A stretch of 42,538 bases of DNA from assembly GCF_000281045.1 (NCBI RefSeq), contig NW_008246098.1:1-42538 (forward strand). The letters are read 5' to 3'. The DNA comes from Saprolegnia diclina VS20 (lineage: Eukaryota). How positions within the stretch are numbered: the first letter of the stretch is position 1; each line of letters starts with the position of its first letter. Under the pieces are notes generated by a model. The model ran no database searches and was not told the origin of the DNA. It was given only the letters and a program-made list of their open reading frames with translations. The translations under genes and the position numbers were made by a program. This document shows, piece by piece, positions 33,795-42,538 of this stretch.

Positions 33795-36129
33795 ATGGCA
33801 ACGACGAACCAGCTCCAGGCGCGCATGCTCGATGTGATGAAGAACTCGGACGCTATGCTCAAGGAGCATGAAAAGTTCAACGGTGGCTGTGTCGTCACGC
33901 GCTTCCCGCCTGAACCCAACGGCTACCTCCACGTCGGCCACGCCAAGTCGATGTCGATGAACTTTAACCAAGCTTTCGAGACGCTTGGCGTGCCTGCGGA
34001 CAAGCGCCGCACTATCTTCCGGTAGGGTCGCAAGGTGTTTCTTGTGCGAATGCCAGCAATACGTAGGTACGACGACACGAACCCGGAGGCCGAAAGCCAA
34101 GAGTACATCCAAGCCATTCGCACCAACGTCGACTGGCTCGGCTGGAAGCCATGGAAGACGACGTACTCGTCTGAGTATTTTGATCAGCTGTACGAATTCG
34201 CGATCAAGCTCATCAAGAAGGGGCGCGCGTACGTGTGCCACCAGTCCAAGGCGGAGATCGAAGCCTGCCGCAGCGTGCTCCGCGATCTTCACGGCCGCGT
34301 GGCGTCGGAAGGTCTTGTGCTCACGCCCGAGGTGCTGGCGGCTGCCGAGAGTCCGTTCCGCAACCGATCGACTGACGACAACTTGAAGCACTTTGAGATG
34401 ATGCGCCGTGGCCAGTATGCGGAAGGCGCGGCGTCGCTTCGGCTCAAGATGCAGCTCGAGTCGCCCAACCCCAACATGTGGGACTTTGTGGCTTACCGCA
34501 TCAAGTTTGTGCCGCATCCGCACATTGGCGACAAGTGGTGCATCTACCCGACGTACGACTACACTCACTGCATCGTGGACGCTCTCGAGCACATCGACTA
34601 CTCGATCTGCACGCTTGAGTTTGAGACGCGCCGTGAGTCGTACTATTGGTTGCTCGACCAGCTCGACCTGTATAAGCCCATGGTTTACGAGTTTGCGCGC
34701 CTCAATATGACGTACACCGTCATGAGCAAGCGCAAGCTGCTCAAGCTTGTACGTGTCACCGAGAATGACCAGGAAATCAGCCATCGTGTATTTGCGTAGG
34801 TAACGAAGGGCGTTGTGCGCGGCTGGGACGATCCGCGCTTGAGCACGCTCAACGGTCTCAAGCGCCGCGGCTTCTCGGCACCGATCCTCAACGCCTTTTG
34901 CAAGGGTACGCAGTCTCTTCCATGGCTTGTAGCCGATTAAACTGCTGGTGTCTAGAGATTGGCGTGACGCGCACGCAGTCGACGATTGAAATTGACCGCT
35001 TGTACGCGGTTGCACGCAATATGCTTGGTGACGCGTCGGCGCGCGCGATGGCGGTGCTGGACCCCATTCCAGTACGATATGCTTGAGCTGGGTAAGCAAT
35101 TCTTATGGCGAAATGGGTAGGTCGACATTGAGAACCCACTTCCTACGCCGCTTGTGTGCAATGTGCCGCTGTACCCGCAGGACAAGACGCGCACCGAAAC
35201 ACACGCGGTCCAGCTCACGCCGACGTTCTTCTTGGACCGGTGTGTTCAGCTGATTCTTTCACGGAAACTTGACGCCGATCTAGGTCGGACGTGCGGGCGA
35301 CGGACGCCACCGACTTTTTCGGCGTTGCGCCGCAGAAGAGTGTGCGCCTCAAGTACGCGGCCGTCTTTACGTGCACGTCAGTCATCACGGATGCCGCGGT
35401 AGGTGTATCTACTTATGCCAGGGAATTGACAGGTGAAGTGAGTAGGGCAATGTTACCAAGGTCACGGGCACGGTCGACTGGTCGAACGAGAAGGGCCTGA
35501 GCCCGAAGGGCACGATGACGTGGGTGCCGTCAAACGCCCTAGAGTGCGAAGTGCGCGTCTACTCTCACCTCTTCACGGTCCCGGTACGCCGCGACGACGG
35601 GTTTGATATGGACGCTGAAAGTATGCTAGGAACTGGGTGCGGTGGATGACTGGGAGTCGCTCATCGATAGCAAGGGCAGCGAGAAGGTGTATGCTTCGGC
35701 CCGCGTCGTGAGTTCGGTGACGTCGGCCGCGCACCTTGATGCGTTTCAATTTGAGCGCATGGGGTACTTCGTCGTGGACCAAGACTCGACCAGCGCCCGC
35801 AAGGTGTTCAACCAGGTAGATTTCTCGTGCACATGCGTCCTGGACTAAAAATCTCGGCACTTGTGTAGATTGTGGCGCTGAAGGACGCTACGGCGGCCCC
35901 GGCCGTGTCCCGAAAGGAGGAGCAGATGCGCCAGCTCGCCGAGAAGCAGGCCAAGATGTCGCTGAAGCCGCAAGACATGTTTAAGACGCCTGCATACTCG
36001 GCGTGGGACGCAGAGGGCGTCCCGACCCATGACGCGGCGGGCACGGCTCTCACAAAGAGTGCGATCAAGAAGCTCCAGAAGGACTGGGCCAAGCAGAAGA
36101 AGCTGTACGAGGCGAACCTCAAGAAGTAA
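33795..36129 (+). CDS. QARS: Glutaminyl-tRNA synthetase, multi-exon
   Basis: [18 protein letters not shown] (HIGH), [63 protein letters not shown]. Confidence 0.95.
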
Positions 36130-36235
36130 CATGAAAGGCAATGCCCCGTGGTATCGTCTCTTAAAATGAAGTTCATATACTTGGCCGAAATGTCTATCAC
36201 CGTCTTTTGACGGCGCGTTCATACATTTGTTAGGT

Positions 36236-36901
36236 TTAAACTGACTTCTTGGAGTAGGGGTGGAACACGAGCGCAGTCCCTTGGCAGTAGCCGATGCTAA
36301 GTGCTAGGACGACGGAAGCACCAAGGCCCGACAGGGCGGACCGGTGTACGAGGCCTCCTGACACGACTGCCCAAAGCATGCATAGCCACACGGATACAAC
36401 GAAGCCGCGTGTTGTGTCGGTAGCAAGCGTCAGCGGCACACGATGAAGTCGCGAATCAAGCATTAGCTCGTCGTCGTCAGCGACAGTGGTGTTATCGTCG
36501 TCCTCTGATGCGCTTGGCGCCGACGCAGCTGCTTCGGTGATCTCGGAAGCTTCTGGTGACAAGTCCATGATGAGCGGCGTCGGCACTTCCGGTAGCTGAT
36601 CCAGCCCATCGTCTCTGCAGCCGAACGAGCACTGAAGAATGTTGGGTAGGGATCCATGCCGCGTGAGCTCGCTCTGCTCGAACGATGGACGCCCTTCGTT
36701 CGAATCGCGGAATGGCGAGGGTGGGCGAAGGAACGCCGACGCCGAGAGGTGTGGCGACGTGTTGGAGCGTGCTAAGGGCGGTGCGCGGTAGGCATCTTTG
36801 GCATGGCAATCCTTGCAAAGCCGGCGCAGGCAGCTAGCGCACTTGCGCTTCTTGGCGAAAACGCTGATGCGGTGGCCGCACCGGGCGCATTTTGTCACCA
36901 T
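36236..36901 (-). CDS. FYVE-like zinc-finger protein with two C-terminal hydrophobic segments
   Basis: CARCGHRISVFAKKRKCASCLRRLCKDC, S/P-rich linker, late CSFGC pair, then two TM-like segments. The canonical RRHHCR is degenerate. Start codon uncertain. Confidence 0.65.
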   Translation of the reverse strand: MVTKCARCGHRISVFAKKRKCASCLRRLCKDCHAKDAYRAPPLARSNTSPHLSASAFLRPPSPFRDSNEGRPSFEQSELTRHGSLPNILQCSFGCRDDGLDQLPEVPTPLIMDLSPEASEITEAAASAPSASEDDDNTTVADDDELMLDSRLHRVPLTLATDTTRGFVVSVWLCMLWAVVSGGLVHRSALSGLGASVVLALSIGYCQGTALVFHPYSKKSV

Positions 36902-37067
36902 GGCGTCGGTCGCAGCTTTGAACTGGCGAGGATGATGATGCAAGTCTAACCGCCTCGTATCCGGAAGTGTTACAGCACGTTCATTTCCGGATTCCGGATA
37001 CTGGCGAGATAGCCAGAGTCTTGCACATCACAACCACCATCCCAAGCTAACAAAGACGACAACAACC

Positions 37068-37935
37068 ATGGTGCGCTTTCCAAGCCTGACAGTCGAGGAG
37101 GGAAAACTCGTGACGAAGGGCCTCTTCTACGAGACAGGAGCTGGTAATATCAAGGTGTACCTCAAGTCGCTACCGAAGTACGCTCACAGCGATGTCCGCC
37201 TCCTCTTCGACAAGGAGATTGCACTTCACGACCAGTACAGTATATCGACATGTCCTTTCGCACCAACTTATCGTTGTGCGTAGGTTGCGTCATCCCAACA
37301 TCGTCAAGCTCTACGACGCTTCGCCGTCCTCGTCCGAAGAACCGATCATGGTCTTCGAGTACATGGATGAGGGATCGCTAGACACGCACTTTGGCGGCGG
37401 CGCAAACTGCTTCGTGGGCGACCGCAAAGTCTGCATCGTGCGCGACATTGCCCAAGCGATCGCGTACCTTCACTACAATGATATGACGCACGGCAACCTC
37501 CTCCCGTCGCACGTGCTGCTGGACTCAGCCAAACCCACGAAACTCACGGGCCTTTGCTCCAACGAACAAGCCGACTCGCAGCTCGAAATCTCAGCCGTAC
37601 AGCTCAATGTCGCCTCGTGCTTCTACGTGGCGCCCGAGGTCATCTTGGACGACGCAACCTACGACCCACCGGCAGACGTTTTTGCATTCGGCTGCTTGAT
37701 GTGGTGCGTTGATATCGTGCAAGAGATCTACCCTACCAATGGTGGCGACGTCATCGAGTTTCGCCACATCATGGATTGGATTTCGTCCGGTGGCTTCGAC
37801 GACGTGCCCCGGGAGTTCTCGCCTTCGTGCCCCGTGTGGTACACTGCACTCGCGAAGCAATGTATGCGATGCGACCCGAACGAGCGCCCCACCATTCAAA
37901 GTGTGTTGTGTCAATTCGGGGAAAATGCCCCATGA
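37068..37935 (+). CDS. TKL-like protein kinase fold, probable pseudokinase; 2 exons
   Basis: Intron 37235-37283. Retains VYLK, EIAL..LRHPNIV, FEYMDEGSL, YVAPE, DVFAFG, RPT. HRD is replaced by HGN and DFG by TGL; no Gly-rich loop. Confidence 0.85.
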
Positions 37936-38204
37936 TGTGTTTTCTACGATTCACTCAAGCTTTTGTCCTTACCTTTCGTTGCTCCGGAGATGTTTAGCAT
38001 TACATCGCGAGGTCACTGCCAAAAGTTGTACTATTGCGAGTCACTATATAGCTCTTTCAGCAATATGTGTTACTAGTAGATAGGACAAACTCCAGCACAT
38101 TCTAGTAGAACCAAAATGTGTACACTACAGTACGTAATATAGCTTCGTAGCACACATGAAACATGTTTATTATTTACTTCCGGTTAGCGGCATGTACTGG
38201 AGTT

Positions 38205-39662
38205 CTACGGAAGAGGCGTGTAGAAGCTGCCATCAAGTTCGTTGCGAACAAAGATGCCACGACGTGCAGGGCAACGGAAGTAATCAATGCCGTTCACAGA
38301 TCCGTCGTGATTCCCAAAGGCGTCGCGCAGCTCGATGCCAATCCATACCCCATCGGCAAAGCGAGTCGGGCCAACGAAGCGAACGACACCCGAGTGCAAA
38401 TTTACTTGCTTTTGCCCGACTACCGCGCTTCCGACAACGACGGACCGACCGACATCGATTCGTTGAAGCACGCGTGATGGTGGTGATGGCTTCTACAAGG
38501 TTAGAAGCTCGTTTGTTGAATTGTACGTTGTAACTTACATCGTTGTCAATGATGATAGGTGGGGGGATTGCATGCACTGACGTTGGCATCGCCCGGAGAT
38601 CGTTGGCGTTGTAAAGAGACGCGATACGTGGCCGGCGATGTACAAAGCTCGCGTCGCCCCGGGTCTTACGAGGCGGATGACATCCTGGCAGGATCCGTCG
38701 GCGGTCATCTGCCAGCGTCGGTACGTGCAACATTGTCGGGTCGTAAAGAACCACTTTCTTTTTGGGGTCTACCAAACTTTGGATCAATTTGGTTCGATAC
38801 GTGTTGTTGACATGCCCTACCTGGCCCCGCAATCAATAGCGTTGTGCGTTCAAGCGCAGAGTCGGAAACACCGCTGTGGTGCGAAACCAACTGAGGAGGG
38901 TCGGAAGCGATGCCAAACTTGAAGAGATGCCATGTCTCGGCATCGAGTTTCGGCGGCAGTTGGTCGTGAATAGGCTCGCGATGGTAGAAGCTGAAGGTTG
39001 GCGCCTCATCGATGATTGTCTCGTCGTTGTTGACGTCGTCACCCTCCTCGCGAGCGCATTTCTCGGGAGAGGGCGCGCCATTGTCGTCGCGCTTGTCGTC
39101 GTCTCTCTCCATCGACGTAGCATCTTCTTTGAGTACTGCAGTAGTGTCTTCATTGTTTGCGACAAGCGGTGCCGTCGCGATGCTGAGTTCAAGATCGCCG
39201 TCCGGCGTGAGCGGAATCCACGTCGACGGGAAGTTCACCTGTACCACCGGTAAAAATGTAAGCTATGGCGCACAGCAAAATTACCTCTCGTGAGATGCTA
39301 TCCAGCGCGAGCTCTGTACTAGCGAGTGCGAGGCTTCCGCAGAGCACTTCAACATGCAAAGTTGCGCGTATCGCCGCTCGATGCAGCCGCAAGGTGACGA
39401 CGCCAGTGGTGCCAACCCACTCTAAAACCGTTGCATCTTGAAGTGATGTCCCCGTGACCACTGCAGCCGTTGTTGGACGTCCGGGCGAGGTCACGAAACA
39501 CTTTGCGCGAAGTCCGTGCTGCTGGAGTAGGCTCGCAAACACCTTTCGCCCATTGGGCAGGCGTACTTGACGGAAGTGTACGTGCAGGTCCACACCAAGG
39601 CTAGGTCTGCGCTCGTAGATAAGTGCTCGTGGTTCGGCAGCTATCGCGTCCAAAAGGCTCAT
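38205..39662 (-). CDS. CAP-Gly domain protein, multi-exon
   Basis: C-terminal GVVRFVGPTRFADGVWIGIELRDAFGNHDGSVNGIDYFRCPARRGIFVR. Upstream ORF blocks are linked by short GT-AG introns; the exon structure is approximate. Confidence 0.75.
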
Positions 39663-39796
39663 ACTGGCAGTTGCAGATTCTGAAAATGGATCGCTGAGAA
39701 ATCCAGGACGCAGGCGCTTTGCACCTCCGACTGAACTCGGAAATACCAGGGAAAATTAGGATCTAATCTTGTGTAGAATAGATTGAGTTCTTTAAG

Positions 39797-41065
39797 TCAG
39801 GTTAGTAGATTGAGATTCACGTGGAACTTCAAGAAGATGGCTGAGATTAACAGCACGATCAAGATATTATGAGTCCAGAGCTGATCTGAAGAGAGAAGCA
39901 CACGAATAAAGCTACTGGTGTTCGAGAGTTTGGCTGCTACTTGGCTCATTGCCACTGCCACTGCCGCAGCTTGAAGGAGTAAGGGGCGTCGGTTGCTCAT
40001 CCTTTTTTGCGTGAAGTCTGGCCTTGTAGACTTTTGTTGCGATTTGTGGCACCAGACTCAGCTTTGTGAGCAGCGCTATTACATTGCACGTTGTACAAGG
40101 TATCACCGTGACATTGCTGCGACCTTGGTGAGTTGAATTGGCAGCGTTCAGTTGGCTTCGAAAGACGTCTTCCGTGGTGGTGGCTGCGGCCAGTTCCAAC
40201 TTCAAACGGGCGCATCGCTTCTCAAGCGCCCTAAAACGCGACGCATTCGATATTGAAGCTACTTGCGTGGAGTCAGAGGTATATATCAACCGGGTAGTAA
40301 ACCGCTCTTGGTCCAAGTCCGCCTTCGCTTCGGCCAACGATAGCTTTTCATGGGCCTACGAGAAGCTGTGGTATCGATATTGAAGTGATTTCGACGAACA
40401 AGCAGCTTCTCATGCAGCTCGATATCTTTCTTGACGATTTCTTTGGCGTCTGGCCGACCGCGTGGCCACCCAAAGTTTAGCGAGATTCCAAGGCCCTGGA
40501 AGCCCAACAGTAGGATGTGCTCTACACGTGTCTTAAAAACGCACCTTGCGGCTTCTTGCTGGCGCATCGTCGGTGTGCAGTCGTGCGATCGTTTGTTCCA
40601 GAGCAAACTGATCGGCGATGGACTCTTCTCGGACTTGTAGCTGCAGCAAAATCGTCTTTTCCAGCCGCATAATTGTAGCTAGAAATGCAAGGTCAGCTCA
40701 GTGTTCAGAAGTGTGTGACAGATGATACCTTGGTAGTTGAGCTGCTCGAGCTCAAGCTGGTCCGCCAGCTCAAACACCTCATCGCCCTCGCGTTCGAGCT
40801 CGAAAAGGGTATCGACGAGTTCTTCGGAAATGGACTCGGCGGCCGCCAATTGAATTTTCGCAATGGCAACGCTTGGTGCCATAGCTTCATCGGCCTTGAC
40901 CATGACATCAAGCACGTCAAAGTCATTGGGCCACGCTGCTGAATCGTCGAGCGCACTTGGGGGCGAGTGGAGAACCCACTTGACGAACTTGTCATATGAC
41001 GCCAATGCCTCGGAAGGCGGTTCGTCCTCCAAGAAGCAACCCATATCGGGGCCGCCGCAGTCCAT
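39797..41065 (-). CDS. Hypothetical coiled-coil protein, possibly with C-terminal hydrophobic anchor, multi-exon
   Basis: Consecutive minus-strand ORF blocks rich in E/L heptads (EELVDTLFELERE; RFRALEKRCARLKLEL); last block has NILIVLLISAIFL. Splicing not fully resolved. Confidence 0.45.
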
Positions 41066-42538
41066 TCTTGCTTGCTGTGCCGACAGTTTCAGCGTCAAAA
41101 TAAAATGGGAAAGGCCGATTATGGTGATCCCGACATCGTCCAAATAACAGTACGGAAAGTGAGGCTTCTGCAAGCCCCAGGCACTAGTCACAGTTCCTCG
41201 CTGCAGTTGCATAATATTATTTCAAGACACTTGTCGTGTTTAAATCGAATCGAGGCACGGCTCCTCCGTCGAAATTGCAGGCGTCGAGGTGGCGCACAAC
41301 GTCTGGCAGGATTTTGCAAATGGCCAACAGGGGCAGCTGCGAGCGCACATGGCGTAACATAGACTTTGCGGGAGTGATGGTGACAAACTGGGGTCTACAT
41401 AGATTTCTGTGGGTGACCGTGTCCGATTTACCGTAAATAGCATAGAACATATCGATATGTCTGCAATGTCCACCCCCCCCGTGTACCATGATTCATGCGA
41501 CGATATGGCATCAAGGCTCCACAGCGGGTTGGATGTCAAGACGAACGCGAAAGGGGCAACAAGGGCATCCTCCGTGATGTTGTTTGAGCGTCAGAGGTAG
41601 AGATAATGGCAGTGCCGTAATCACAGTTGAGGCCGGGCTGAGGCATACTTCTCAGTGATGGCACCATCGACGACTGCGCATGCGTAAAACATAACTAGTA
41701 TGTTGGTGAGTACGGACAGCTGGTGTTGGATTTACTAGGTATGCATACGTTGACAAGGTTTGACCAGGCCACTGCGGACGGAATTGAGCTAATGTTACAG
41801 CGATCGATTGAGAGCGACACAAGTGGCAGTGGTAATTGTAAAGGGCTCGAGGCAGCTACATATTGCCTCACATGGTACACGTACTAGCTTGCATGACCCA
41901 AGTAGTACCTCTGTTAGAAATGAGTTTCGCAGACAAACACTTGAAGCGAACCGAGCGGCGGTGCGTTTACGTTTCTCGTCCAGCTTGTCATGTGGGTAAA
42001 TTCCAACCGGAGACTTCGATGTTATTTCAAATGACCGGGTGAAGACAGGTCGAGTCCCCTCGATAGTGTGCATTGAACGATGTAGAGAACGGGTATAGTG
42101 GGGTTAATACCTTCAATGCGTCGTTAAGCCTTCCATACACGATCTATGTGTGCATGAACATGACCTCAAGTGGGCTCGCAATATTCATCTTGAGGCAGTG
42201 GAGCTGCAGGAGCATGTAATACATGTAGCAGTCACAAGCGAGAAATCAAGGTGCTGTGTTGGTGAAACACCCGCTGAAGCACATCGGCGGACTTGTCAAG
42301 CCCGCAGACAAATAGCACGATCACTCGTAAAACGTATAGCACAAAAATCCCGTCAAGATGCACGCGTCGACGCTCACGAAACAACACATAAGGGTTTCGA
42401 CCGAGAGGTGCCAGGCAAATCCCTTTTGAAGTATCGGGAGGCGAGCCGCGGATGAAGTACGTACAAGCAATTGCCGGTTGGTGGTCGTCTTGCTAGTTTG
42501 GAGGTGCTGCAATCGTTCGAATGCTGTCTAGCTCGGTA

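Noticed and set aside
33390..35099. 569-aa minus-strand ORF
   Set aside because: Antisense shadow of the codon-biased GlnRS exons; no recognisable motifs.
41217..42538. Possible multi-exon minus-strand gene running off the window (fragment TIEGTRPVFTRSFEI is faintly C2-like)
   Set aside because: I could not build a consistent spliced frame or recognise a family, so it is left uncalled.

Overview
Gene-dense eukaryotic DNA with many very short (about 41-75 nt) GT-AG introns. Gene content and Inr/FPR-like promoter motifs point to an oomycete, probably Saprolegniales (inference, no search run). From left to right: a complete but internally deleted PHIS/Harbinger-superfamily DNA transposon (30-bp TIRs, ATT TSD, Pangu-like); a secreted, membrane-anchored CotH-family kinase; a LINE 3' remnant and a nested tandem repeat; a 10-exon gene with two tandem copies of an uncharacterised 'RCFPHCCPxH' domain and an 8-nt microexon; a synthetase-only glutathionylspermidine synthetase; SF3B3; a small membrane protein; a WD40 protein; UBLCP1; two paralogous CxxCGQPKxGHxC zinc-knuckle proteins flanking a TSET-type longin subunit (TSPOON/LOLITA-like); two paralogous RING-H2 genes separated by a decayed LINE; ISCA2-like; ATG16-like; a TPR protein; glutaminyl-tRNA synthetase with a CysRS-like C-terminal appendage; a FYVE-like zinc-finger membrane protein; a pseudokinase; a CAP-Gly protein; and a coiled-coil hypothetical gene. 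Family assignments come from recognised motifs and hand-spliced translations. No rRNA, tRNA or CRISPR array was seen.
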